Shown: positions 20,797 through 33,100, counted from the whole stretch's first letter. The stretch is DNA of 63,471 nucleotides, filler included, from Pelomyxa schiedti (GCA_020536535.1; 8 parts of 8 records of this genome joined end to end with filler, not necessarily neighbours in it), one strand, 5' to 3'. Made by a program: numbers and translations. Notes: generated by a model not told the origin, from the sequence alone.

Positions 20797-21530
20797 AATA
20801 AGGGGTAAAACAAAACTGGGTTTCTTTTTTTAACCCTTTAGCTAAAATCTCTGATTATCCCCTATGTTACTCCTTCTGATGCATCCCAATGTATCCTGAT
20901 GGTTGGTGGGAGATGTAGAAGGATGAATCGCAGTGCCACTTGCACCAGAGTCACTCTCCTTGCTTTTGTGGGTGTTGTGATTTTCCTAGCAGCGTTTTTG
21001 GTGGTTATCCTTGGGTGTCTGGTTTTTGGTTGCCTTTTCCGGGTGCTTTTAGTTCTTGTGGTTCTCAGATCACTTTTCTTCTTCTTGGAGCCTTGGACAC
21101 TATGTGGCTTACCTCTTTTTGACTGTGTAGTGGTAGAATTGGCTGGAGTTGCAGAGGTGTTTTCTTTGTCATTCACTCCCAGAAAATCAGTATCCAGAGA
21201 TTGTGGATGTGAGGATCAGTTTCCAAAAAGGGTCTTTAACTTACAGAGTTGTGCATGTTGTGACCAGCTCACTGCCACTCTGGTCATTGCACCTCAGTGC
21301 TTTTTGAAGGGTACCCAGTTCCAACTTCGACACTTACTGGTATTTTTGGGCAAAGTTTTTGTGAATAATTCTGCATATGGGTTCTTAAAATCAAAACTGT
21401 GGAGATAGACCTTAAGCCAATTCAGAATGCTTTGTTGAAGTTTTGCTTTAACTTTTTGCAACACTTGCACAGTTCTAATAAAAAAAAATTTACTGTGCAC
21501 CAAAACTTAGAAAGAAAAGTACCTGTGACA

Positions 21531-21694
21531 TCCCTCATGGAATCTGCAATAATGTCCATGACACCTGAAATAAGTTGTGCTCCCCCAGTATCGACTGAGC
21601 CACTGACACCTTCCCAATTCAAAAACTCAGCCATTTCTGGGGGAGCACAACTTATTTCAAGTGTCATGGACATTATTGCAGATTCCATGAGGGA
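21531..21694. repeat. Inverted repeat, 58-bp arms (1 mismatch), 48-nt spacer
   Basis: 21531-21588 versus 21637-21694. Confidence 0.9.
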
Positions 21695-21712
21695 ATTAAT
21701 CACATACAACAA

Positions 21713-21874
21713 TAAGTTACAAGAACAAAATAGGGGAGGCACACCACACATGTTCTGCGGTCTTTAGAGGACACCAGATCTACTGTCATACTCTCAAGTG
21801 ACCCACACAAACTTACACCACAGACCACATAACATGTGTGGTGTGTACCTCCCCTATTTTGTTCTTGTAACTTA
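21713..21874. repeat. Inverted repeat, 42/44-bp arms, ~76-nt spacer (MITE-like)
   Basis: 21713-21754 (TAAGTTACAAGAACAAAATAGGGGAGG...) versus 21831-21874. Confidence 0.88.
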
Positions 21875-22493
21875 GTCACACCCCTGTGCTGTTTTGTTTG
21901 TTTTTTTTTTTTGATGTGTCTTGGCTATAATTTGGTGTTCTAACTGTTTCCTCTGAGCAAAAACATCAGGGTGGCTTGTGATGGTGTGGAATCACAGCAT
22001 GCGGCAGATGTTGTTTGGTACTTGTTCCCCTGTTTTGCGACTCCCCTACACTCACTGTTGTAAACTTGGTGATGATCTCCTCTTGGATTTTATCGAGGTT
22101 TGTGATCGCTCCTCCAACTTTTTTATTTTTACTTTGTTGCTCGCGACAGTCAGTTTTCTGGACCCATTACCTACAACAGTCTTCGATTTGTGGGGAAGAA
22201 AATGGGTGCTATGTGGAGACCATCACTGCCTCCCAGTCTCTTGTGTATGTCTTAACTGCCTCGTTACTGAGCTCCTTGCGTTTTTGTTCAAGCCAGGACT
22301 TTGTCTCACGATCTTGTTCCAGTTCCTGTTGTTGGGTGTTTTTGGGGAGAGAGTTCAAGAGTGAGTATTACATTTTTTTGGATTGCAATTTATGGCACAG
22401 ACTTTCACTTGGATGGTTTTTGAGTTTTTAGGTGGAAAGTAGGCAACCTTATGTAGTAGAACAAGTTCTGCTGCAGTATGTTTTTTTACCATT

Positions 22494-22593
22494 NNNNNNN
22501 NNNNNNNNNNNNNNNNNNNNNNNNNNNNNNNNNNNNNTTAATTAATTAANNNNNNNNNNNNNNNNNNNNNNNNNNNNNNNNNNNNNNNNNNNN
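22494..22593. other. Artificial scaffold linker
   Basis: N44-TTAATTAATTAA-N44. Confidence 0.97.
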
Positions 22594-23016
22594 ACAACAG
22601 TAACAGTAGCCCTGAGTCACAGAAACCACACCAACCAAAGTCAAAGAGAAGAAGGAGCCACCAAACAACCTCAACAAAGTCAGAGGAATAGAAGAAGACA
22701 CTTCAATTTTGTATAAGAGTAAATAAAATCCTACTTGGTACGAGGTGAGAGGCAACTCAAATCAGTGGCCGAGCTCCTGACAAAATTCCAGAAAGAAACA
22801 TACTGTAGATACAGACTCTATCTTGTACATGGCAGCCCTCCAATGGTCACGTCACCATGGTGTTGTTTTGATGGGGTATTCGAAGAAACGATCAAATGAG
22901 GGAGTCCACCATCGAACCGGTCCATGGAATGCAACACTCACTCTGGAGGATCCCAAAAAAGATCTGTAAATGCGGTTACAAAACCTTTGGAACAATATAA
23001 ATAACTTGTGTCTCTC

Positions 23017-23431
23017 ATCAATGAAGCAGTTAGTGCATAATGCTCTACACTAAGCGTAGGTACTGGTAGCACAAAGGCTATGTAAATTAAAAAAAGGATT
23101 GTACATAAATCAGTTTTTCCATATATAGCTCAACTCCAATAAAAAACCCACACCTTACACCTTATTACACCAACCAAGGTAACCTGTATCCCTGAATAGT
23201 GTTCTAAATCTAATGCCCAGTTGCAGAAAGCCAAACAATTTGTTTTGTCAATCATAGTAGATTATAACATACAATAAAACAATAAAAGGAAAAAAATAAA
23301 AAGAAAAGAAAGAAAAAGGTAACTACGCAATAAGTACCAAAGGTACTTATTGCGTAGGGTCAGAAAACCCGTCACCCGACGAGCAACCCCTAGAGTAGTA
23401 GTAGTCACATATGCGCAACAGGTAATAACAA
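23017..23431 (+). repeat. Dispersed ~0.4-kb repeat, copy A, with a perfect 16-bp hairpin (23323-23357)
   Basis: Homologous to the reverse complement of 17307-17673. Hairpin CTACGCAATAAGTACC-AAA-GGTACTTATTGCGTAG. Confidence 0.9.
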
Positions 23432-23441
23432 ACCCAGATAG

Positions 23442-25190
23442 CTCAGTGGTTTTGAATGGTTGTCAGAGCACAAAGCCCCTGCTCATTTCAACGACTCGCT
23501 CTTCTTTGCTTTTCCCAAGGTAGAGGGTACTACCTTGATTACAGAGTCGAGGCCAATCTCTCCACCAAACGCTGACAACCGCATCATTACCAAAGCCATG
23601 GCCCACATTCTCAACCCACTTATTGCCGATCTCTGCCACCCAAACCAGAATGGGTTTTTCGAGGGCAGACTTATTGACAATAATATCACTTCAATATCCA
23701 ACCTCTTTTATGGAGCAAGGAGCAAAAGAATGCCTATTCAATTCCTCTTCACTGACTTCTCCAAGGCATATGATAATCTGGATAGGGATGCAATTATCCA
23801 GATCCTCCAGCACATTGAGATGACACCCAAATGGGTAAATGTCATCCAACACCTCATGCAAACCACGGAGGCTTATCTCCCATCTGGTATTCACTTCCCA
23901 CTGCGCAGAGGAGTCCGCCAAGGATGCCCCTTATCCCCCATCCTTTTCAACATCGTGATAGACACTTTGTTGAGGATGCTTCAAAGATCACCTATGAGCC
24001 CCAAGATATCTGCTTACGCAGACGACATTTGCACCCTCTGGAGAAACGTGGAAGACCTGGATAAGGCTTCCCCCCTTTTCAACTGTTACTGCAAGTCCAC
24101 TGGTGCAGCTCTGAACATGAAAAAGACAGAGATACTGGCAGGCTACCCTCCAGTCCCTCGCCCTGTGACCTCTAAAGCCTGGCCAGTACAGACGGTGACA
24201 TCCTATAAGTACCTCGGAGTACTGATAGGACACCTCTCTAGCACAGAGAGAATCTCTCCCTCAATCGCCAAAGCAGTCAAAAGAGCCCAGGAGATCATTC
24301 CCAGAGTTATTGGTTTGCAAAGGAAAATCCTAGCAACCAACCTCTATGTCAACTCAATCCTCACCTACCAATGCCGCTTTGAGATCTATCCACTCAAGAC
24401 TGTGTGGAACCCATATATGGGAAAGATCTACAGGCTGATCACCCCATCCCACTGCACCTCACAAGAGCATTTGACAACGCTCACAGCAGATGGGGGCTTT
24501 GCCACCCCCCTGCTGGACATGGCTTGGTGGAATGTTGCCACCGCCGTGTCGGCCCTCAGGCATCCAAACCGCACAGACCCGAAGAAGGTCTTACCTACCT
24601 CCCCACTGCAGTTAATCCACACGTTCAATGAGAAGATTCCACCGACTCTCAGGAACCCCACTGACATTTACAGGGCAATCCTGGACGAACGCCCGGGAAA
24701 ATCCCTGCATCACAAGCTTCGGACCACAATGACAGAGAAACCAACAGCGGCTCACTGGATCAACCTGGTCAAGAACCTCAACACCAAGGGAATCCCTCCA
24801 ACCCTGCGGAACCACGCTCTCCAAATTGCAACCGGCATGAAGCCCCTGAATAACCGCATGTCCCACATCCTCCACATCGCCTCAACATGCCGGCACGGCT
24901 GCAATTCCCCGGAATCGGTCAAGCACATCCTCAACACATGCCGCCATAACGCTGCAATCCGCAAGGAGCTCCGGTTAAACTCCCTGAAGACTCTGAATGT
25001 CACACCTAACACCCCGAACTCCGCTAAATCCGCCGCTAGGAATCTGGTAGGCTTATACAACTACCACGTGTCAACCCTGCCCCAAAATTTGGCCCTGCTC
25101 GAATTAAGGAGGAACGTTGGTCTTCCAACTCAATCGAAGATTGACTTGGAAGCTGTGATCCCTCCCAATCACATCTACCACCCTCCATAA
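23442..25190 (+). mobile_element. L1/Tx1-like non-LTR retrotransposon ORF2, 5'-truncated (RT plus C-terminal CCHC, no endonuclease)
   Basis: RPISPPNAD, HPNQNGF, DFSKAYD, RGVRQGCPLSPILFNI, AYADD, YKYLGV and CRHGC...ESVKHILNTC. Uninterrupted ~580-codon frame with an in-frame stop just upstream (23439). Confidence 0.92.
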
Positions 25191-25403
25191 ACACCGGGGA
25201 GAAGACCCGGACCATCGCATAACCGCCTTTGATCAGTAACACACATAATGTAGCAGCCTCACCATAACCACACAACCACCGCGTAGCAGTCAAGCACACC
25301 GCACAAACAACCACGCCATCCACAGTACACTAGAAGCCCCCCCGCTTCACTGTCTTTCAGTAATAATTTCAACACACGCCTGCCGTTTGTGTGGGCTTAA
25401 CCC

Positions 25404-25457
25404 CCATGGCTGTTGAGGATGTGGTGCAGTGGTATTACTATTGGCTACAGACAATAT
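25404..25457 (+). repeat. 54-bp perfect direct repeat, copy 1
   Basis: CCATGGCTGTTGAGGATGTGG...GGCTACAGACAATAT, identical to 26111-26164. Confidence 0.92.
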
Positions 25458-26110
25458 CATTGGCGACCAGGGGTCGTGGGATCAACTCCCACAGACCACT
25501 CCAGCTTTTTTTCTTTCATTTTTTTTAAAAGAGAAAAAAATTACCCCATTAAAAGAGGAAAAAAATAAGAGATTTGATCAGATTGATGATTGATGATGTG
25601 GCTCTGAGGGTGCCTGAGAGTCCAAATTGCCTACAAACACTTCCAAAAGTGATACCACCCATCCTGCCTACAGACCACAACATGGGCATCGTTTTTGTGC
25701 TGTGGAATTGCTCCTTATGTTCAAAAGCAATGTGTATTTTTTGGCGTCGGTCGCTATATGAGGCGTTTCGTGGCCATGGAAGAGTTTCTTTTGGTGGAGC
25801 TTGGTTGTAGGTTGTAGTGTACTGGAAGTAGGAGAGTATTACAGAATTGCAGGCCGGTGTGACGTGAGGGTGCCGAGATAATGGGTAAAAATTGGGAAGT
25901 GATGGAAAAAGTACAAGGTTGAGAGAGGGTGCCACAGTTGATTCGATTTGATTGAGTGGTGCTTGCTGCTCAGCGCCACAACCAACCCCACAACAACCAA
26001 CCTCTGGGTGGGGGGAGGCCCAGAGCATCATCATGTTGCTGCTCACAATGTATGTATTTATTATTTGAGCCAAGTTTGCTCCTTGTTGGGTGGGGTGGTG
26101 ACACCACTTG

Positions 26111-26164
26111 CCATGGCTGTTGAGGATGTGGTGCAGTGGTATTACTATTGGCTACAGACAATAT
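26111..26164 (+). repeat. 54-bp perfect direct repeat, copy 2
   Basis: Identical to 25404-25457. Confidence 0.92.
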
Positions 26165-26268
26165 AGTGGTATGAAATTAAAACAAGTAACATTATAATTG
26201 TACTGATTGGTGGTTTATTTACTGTTGTATCTGCCTGAGTGTGCACAGGTTGTGAACATTTACAATTA

Positions 26269-27417
26269 TCATGTAAAACCAGTGACAGAGAGGAACAGGA
26301 TACTGTGGGGAAAATGGATAGTACCAACAAGTGCACCATGGGGATCAGTGACATCAATCTTCCTGTCAAATCCTCTGTGAAAGAGGAATCCTGATTCAGC
26401 TGTAACCCCTGCGATGCTTGGCCTGCCTGGAACTACCCTCAGTGGCGCTGCAGTGTTGTTGCAGTCCCACAATTCAGCACTGGAATTGCTCTTGCAGATG
26501 CAAAACATGGAGGAGCTAAGCCGTGACACACCGTTGGTCACTGTTGAGATTGACCTTGGTGGTGCACACCCACCACCCTCACATAACTCGAACACAGTCC
26601 CAGAAGACTCAAATGGCCCACCAATTTCCACATACACAACACGGTCACCAGTGAGCCGCCTCATCACAACTGCTGATGAAAACCTGACCCCAAACTGGAT
26701 CTTCCACGCGGTCATGTGCATAACGCCAAGCTCCTGAGTTCTGTATGTTTCACACAAGTCAACCTGCACAAGAATCAGCATGCCTCCACTGCCGTTGAAC
26801 ACGAACATGACGTGATCAGAGTCACCGCGCACGCCCTGCACGATCCCAGCGCAGGAGTATGCATTCTCAGGCAGGCAATTCCCCAGCCTGACTTCGGCGT
26901 GTCTGGCCGTCAAGTTGTGCAGAGTCAATGAGCCGCTCCCTGTGCAATGTACCAGCCACTTTCTCCCGACATAAACCACAGCCGATTCATCGCCCTCAGG
27001 CATCAGTACCCTGTCTGTGCCGGTCTCGACGTGGACGAGGTCGAAGGAGACAACTCTATCAGGCCGGGTCGCGTACTGTCTGGTCACCACGTGGTGTGGG
27101 TCGGAGGCACCGATCACAGCCTTGCCACGAATGCAACTTATGGGATCGGCGGGTCTCCTCGTCACTGAGTTTAGGGCACGTGACAACGAGAACCTGAGGA
27201 ACATTGTCCCCACGACCGAGCCTGGCAGCTGGCCGACGAGAACGCCAAACGACACCTCGGTGTCCCTCCCGAGGCACCAGTCCCACAATGGCAACGTCGC
27301 CAGCGGCGGGAGCGACACAAAGTGGCGCGCGGGGCTCGCCGCACCACACCGATTGTGGGATGCCATCACCAAAGCAAGAACCTGCTGCCGTGCGTCGTGA
27401 AGTGTCACGCTGATCAT
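26269..27417 (-). CDS. Uncharacterised lineage-specific family protein, member 3 (apparently intronless)
   Basis: DARQQVLALVMASHNRCGAASPAR, LWDWCLG, GRKWLV, LVQVDLCETY, VTDPHG. Confidence 0.8.
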   Translation of the reverse strand: MISVTLHDARQQVLALVMASHNRCGAASPARHFVSLPPLATLPLWDWCLGRDTEVSFGVLVGQLPGSVVGTMFLRFSLSRALNSVTRRPADPISCIRGKAVIGASDPHHVVTRQYATRPDRVVSFDLVHVETGTDRVLMPEGDESAVVYVGRKWLVHCTGSGSLTLHNLTARHAEVRLGNCLPENAYSCAGIVQGVRGDSDHVMFVFNGSGGMLILVQVDLCETYRTQELGVMHMTAWKIQFGVRFSSAVVMRRLTGDRVVYVEIGGPFESSGTVFELCEGGGCAPPRSISTVTNGVSRLSSSMFCICKSNSSAELWDCNNTAAPLRVVPGRPSIAGVTAESGFLFHRGFDRKIDVTDPHGALVGTIHFPHSILFLSVTGFT

Positions 27418-28769
27418 CACTCAACACCAAATTAACTCCCCACAAAAAGACAAGTGAAAAGATACTAAAGGCAACGAATGAAATGGGTTTTTTTTCCGAA
27501 GCTGGATTGTGTTTACAGATTTGACTCTATTGTGGGGCTGGGCCCAACGCGGGCAAAGAGTTGGGGGGGAAGGGGGGGGAGGAGGGCCGACCGGGGAGAC
27601 CGCAACCAACCAACACTTTCACGTTGTGACTACGCTGCCCCCCCCGCACCGCAATTATGGGGTCTGGAGGGTGCGGGGAGGTGACACAGCCCCTGCTGTG
27701 GGCAGGTGAGGCCACACGTTCAAATTGCTGGAATTATTGGCGCGACGCCCGGCCTGCTCACCACCCACCCCCGGCCCCCAACGTCAGCTGCACGCGCCGG
27801 CCCCCACGAGCGAGTCCGCAGATCGGCAGCAGCAACAGATCTACAAGCACGCCATGATGCAGCCACATAAGATCAAGTCCGCCCCAGCTGTGTGCGTTGA
27901 TATTAGTCGTATTTAAAAAAAGGCAACAGCAATACCTTTGATGAAGATGACTGACGCACGTTATGCGTGTGTGTGCGCAGTTTGCAAGTATCGTGGTACA
28001 CGTGGTCGCGAGTGTAAAAAGTAAGATGGTCGTCGGTATAATAGAAGAGGAAAGAAATAACATGGTACTGTGAGGGTAGAGTAACGTCGTCACTTGTGTG
28101 TTGTTGCTTGTTGTTTGTTGTTGTTTATAAAATAAAAACAAGTCGCAGAGATCGTTTAAAAGGCTGGGAAATGAAGGGAAAAAATTATGGAAGCTTCCCA
28201 GGTGGGAATCTTACACTGAATTGCACAGTTCCATTTCAGAAATCTACGGTAATATTGTAGTCAATCAGCTGGTCAAGCACTTGTCCTGATGGAGTGAGTT
28301 GTTGATTATAATCAAATCGGGGAATAATCCTTGCAATAGTGTGTTGGCCAACAACAAACTGTTGTTGTTATTCAGTCCTCCAGTTCCCGATGTCCAACCA
28401 GTCAATACAATAAATAGAAAACGCAAACCCAAACAGATGCCTTTTACCTTGTTGTTGCCCATCCGGTCACTCACTCGCGATGTGGTGGAACACAGCCAAG
28501 GAGTAATTACCGAGACATCTCACGTACCCACAAAGAACAGCGCGAGGTACCGGCGCGTGACGATAATCAACGCACGGTAGTTACCGTAATACAACGCTTC
28601 AAAAAATTTCAATTCATAACAAAGATGTTGCCTTAGTGCTGAGCAACTGCCACATCCATCTGTGTGGTTGCAGCGAGCAGTTTAAAGTTTCAATGGTTGT
28701 TTTCCAATTTCAGTCGATATTGGAATAGAAAATTATTCCGATATAAACTGTCGGCAACAGTTTATATTG

Positions 28770-30022
28770 TTACACTTCCTGGTCAGAGCCCTTGGATAGC
28801 AACAAGGCAGGTCCACTTTCTGAGTACTGTTCTTTGGTTACTGCTATTTCCTTGAAGGTAGTAAGGGAACCCAGAATGGAACCACCAATCCACACTGAGA
28901 ACTTGCGTTCAGGTGGTAGTACCACTCTGATCTTTGTGGGTGTGGATACAAGTGCCCTCATTTCCTTTGCCATGCGATCCCCAAAGCCTGGAAACAGAGT
29001 AGTTCCACCGGAAATTGCAATTGCACTGTACATATCCTTCCAGGCACTTCTGTCACATGCCTTGATTGCGTTGTGGGTCAGAGTATGCAGTCCCGGTGAG
29101 TCCATGCCCAGTAATTCCGGCTGGAATAGAAATTCAGGGCACTTGAACCTCTCAGGTCCAAGAGTTACAATGCGACCATCAGGCATTTCGTATTGCTGCT
29201 CAATGGAAACAGGTGACTCAGCCTTCTTCATTTCATCACCAAAGTCAAGTGCAACATAACACAGCTTCTCCTTGAGGTCTCTTATCACCGCCTTTTCTGC
29301 CACTGAAGTAATGTTTGAGCCACCCCTATTCATGAAATTCACCAGATAGTCAGTCAGGTCACGACCCCCAAAGTCAAGCCTTTTTGCACGACTGAGAGAA
29401 AAGTGTCCACCAGAAACAGGAAGTATCTGAGTGACACCTCCACCTACGTTAATTGACAAGCCAGTGAGCTCTCCAGTTGCCCACACGGCCAACAGAGCTG
29501 ACAGTGATACATACATAGAAGGAATTCCGATACTCTCAAACATAATCTGGGCTGTTCTCTGCCTGTTTGACGGAGGATTGAGAATCGGTTCTGTAACAAT
29601 CACAGGATGAGCAGCCGGCGTGACTTCCAGTTGATGGCACAGAGTATCACGCCACATGCACTCCATGTCATCCCAGTTTGTGACTATTCCGCGTTCCACT
29701 GGGTTCTTCAGTGTCATAAGGGCTCTCTTTGCCAGTGCATCATTTCCCACGCAAGGCCGTATGTCTGCCCCATTCTTTGGTCTCCCAACAATCGCCTTTG
29801 CATTATTATAAACGAATTTAAAAAAAGGAAAAAACCAAAATATGGAAAATAATAGTAACCCTCAGGTGCAAGTCAGTACCAACAAAACAAAAAAACAGGG
29901 AGAAACAAACATACAGGGGTGCAGCAACGAGGGGTGTCATCACCAGCGAAACCAGCAAGGTGGGTCTCACACCCAGTGTCCATTACAATACACACATTTG
30001 GGTCTTGACCCTCACCACTCAT
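28770..30022 (-). CDS. Divergent actin / actin-related protein, 377 aa, 2 exons
   Basis: Exon 1 30022-29915 (MSGEGQDPNVCIVMDTGCETHLAGFAGDDTPRCCTP) plus exon 2 29795-28770 (AIVGRPK...GIVTNWDDME, GGRDLTDYL, DLKEKLCYVALDF, ERFKCPE, SGGTTLFPG, PPERKFSVWIGGSIL). Confidence 0.93.
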
Positions 30023-30134
30023 CCTTGTTGCTTATGTTTTGATTTTTTTCTTTCGTTTTGTTTTAAAAAAAACAAAACGGTTTTCGTGGAAGCCAATTTT
30101 AAGTTGGTTTTTTTATGGGTGATGATACTACATG

Positions 30135-33100
30135 TCAATTAGTGTTGTTGTTTGTGGTGATAGGGACGGGGATTGGGCTGCTGTTGTTGTTTGTGCTGCT
30201 GAGAATTGAGTCTGGTGGTTGTGGTGGAGTGGTAGTGCTGGTGCTGGTGTCATCATTGCTGCCATCACCATCACCACCATCGCCATCGTCGCCATCAGCA
30301 CACTGATTGCCTTCATTGCTGTGGCGATGGTGATGATGGTTGTGGTGGCGATGGCGATGGCCGCGCTTCTGGATTATGGGATCGCAGCAGTTGTTGGTGT
30401 TGGTGTTGTTGTTGCTGTTGGGGTTGTTGTTGAGGGTCGCGAAGAGCTGCTTCGACTGGGATACGGCGTGGTCGTAGGGGTTCCTGTCGAGGTATGATTC
30501 CATGGCCTCGGTGACTTGCTGTGCTGTGAATGGCTCCATGCCGTTGTATTGGTTGTTGTTGTTGTTGTTGTTGTAACCATTGTGGTTGTTGTATAGCATG
30601 CGGTCAATCGGTGCATAGTCTTGTATCATCTGGCGCGTTTCGGGCTCGAGCCTTTTAGGGACATGTTATTAAGAGGACGATTGATGGGTGGATTGGAAAG
30701 CATACTCCGCTGTGAAGCCAAGAAATTCGTGAACTAGGACTGGTTTCTGGAATCCACGAACCTGTGAAAAAATAGGTAAGAAACAGACAGACAAAGCCAT
30801 GCGGAGATACATAGATGTGGCCAAGGGCACGCCACGAGAAAGTATTATCTCGCGCGGCACCGCGAATGCTGTCAGATACAAGAACTGCAGTTGCGAGTTC
30901 TTTGTTAAGGGGTTCTAACCTGCTGGCCAAGTTCACAGTGTTGCCTGATTTTTGTGTATGGTTTTAGAGGGCATCAGGGGAATATGGGAAAAACCTAAAA
31001 CAGTGTAATTGAGCCTTTGGCTTGACCTGAATGAAATTAGTTGGGTATTGAGAGATAGAAGGCGAATACCCGACATTTCCTGCTCTCACTTCGCCGGAAT
31101 GAAGCTACAAAGTTTTCAGTTTGCGAGTGATATTGGCTGGAAGCATACTCCAACTCTAATCCGCATTGGTGGAAGCATTTTTGCTTGAAAAATCAAATTC
31201 AGCCTGGACAGTTCCGTCAAAATTTCGGCAACCGCCTTGCAGGCGTGCATTTCGGAATTATGATCAATAACAGGGCAACCCCACAATGCCTGAAAAGCAG
31301 TTGTCAAAGTAGAAATTGGAGAACAAAACTTTATCGACTTACCATTATTGCATCTCCAATATACTGCGACAGATTTGTGAGTAGCGAATTGGGAAATGGA
31401 GGAGCATACCTTGTCAATGCAGCCGGAGTTCTTTGTGATGATTGTCGAGAATGATTCGAACATTGCCGAAAGAACTTCAATGATGGACTGTGCTCCATAT
31501 TTCTCCATGTTCCTTGTCTTTGTTGCGGCGGAATGAGAAGGGAACTCAAGGCTACAATATTGAGAAACTCACGAAATCAACGACATCCAAGAACATCACA
31601 GTGCAATGCATGGTGCTCACCCCAACAACCGGCTTCAGTCGGTTTTTACATAAGTACCTAATAATGGGTTAAATCTATCGCCATTTTGTCCCATATTATC
31701 AGCAGACCTCACAACTTGCGTTGGCACATATCTATTTTGTGAGTGAGATTCAGTGAATGACCAAGAATTAAAACTCACTGACTGAACGACTCCAAGGCAG
31801 TTTGCATTGTTGTGACTTCGGAATTCAACTGTTGTGACATTGGTTGTTTGAAGGAGTGCGAGGAAAATAGATACCGAATCAATTTCTTTCAACAAGCTTC
31901 TCCGGAGTGCATTATTGCTCGCCGTTCTTGTTATATGTGAGTAAAAGAAGATGGATAAAACAAGTGAACCTAGAAAGTTTTCCACTTGAAACCGTCTGAA
32001 GTTTCCTGATCACATCATCGAGAGCCCTCGCAAGAACAACAGAGAGCGTGACACTGACTGCCACCGATAGAATTCCAATGAAAATTTCTGCACTGAGAAC
32101 GAACCAGAGTGAGAAATACGCATGGTCTACTGCTTCGTCTTGTTTCTCTTGAATCTCAAACATGAAGTCCTTTTTTTGGAGGGTTGAATGGTGAGGGGAG
32201 GGGGAAAAAAAAGGAAAGGAAAGGAAAGGAAAGGAAAGGAAAGGAAAGGAAAGGAAAGGAAACAGAGGAAAACACCTTTTCAGGAGTGATGAGGAACGAC
32301 CACAACACAAGACCACCATCAGCAGTGATCGGAACCACATCGACATAACACAGACCCTGCTCCTCTGTGTGCATCGTGAAGTGACTCTCTGCAGGAGAAT
32401 TGCAGACTTATTATGGCTATCATGACAGCTACGTGGCGCCCACGATTTCCTTTTTCTGGTTGAATGGAACCAAGAAGGGAGCTGATGTTCCAGTGAAACT
32501 TTCAACCAGAGATTGGTGGTATTATTCAAACCTTTTTAAGAATTCACTCCAACAAGTACCAGGATAACTGGTACTGCTGCATGGACTGGATCATGGACAG
32601 CAGTGTATAAATCAGCAAACCCAGCAGAGGGAACTGTCCTCGGATACACAATCAGGGCACCCTTCTCGGTTCCAACAGTGATCCAAGTGACTTACACAAT
32701 GGCCTCCCTTCNNNNNNNNNNNNNNNNNNNNNNNNNNNNNNNNNNNNNNNNNNNNNNNNNNNNNNNNNNNNNNNNNNNNNNNNNNNNNNNNNNNNNNNNN
32801 NNNNNNNNNNNGAAGGGAGGCCATTGTGTAAGTCACTTGGATCACTGTTGGAACCGAGAAGGGTGCCCTGATTGTGTATCCGAGGACAGTTCCCTCTGCT
32901 GGGTTTGCTGATTTATACACTGCTGTCCATGAGCCAGCCCACGCCGTTATGCCGGTTTTCCTTTTTGTTGAATTTCCCATTAATGGCAAAATAATGGAGT
33001 TTGTACGATACCACCAATCTCTGCGCGTGAGATTCACAGGAACATCAGCTCCCTTCTTGGTTCCATTCAACCAGAAAAAGGAAATCGTGGGCGCAATGCT

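Noticed and set aside
20862-22431. ORFs at 20862-21767 and 21978-22431
   Set aside because: Low-complexity or palindrome-derived frames with no recognisable domain.
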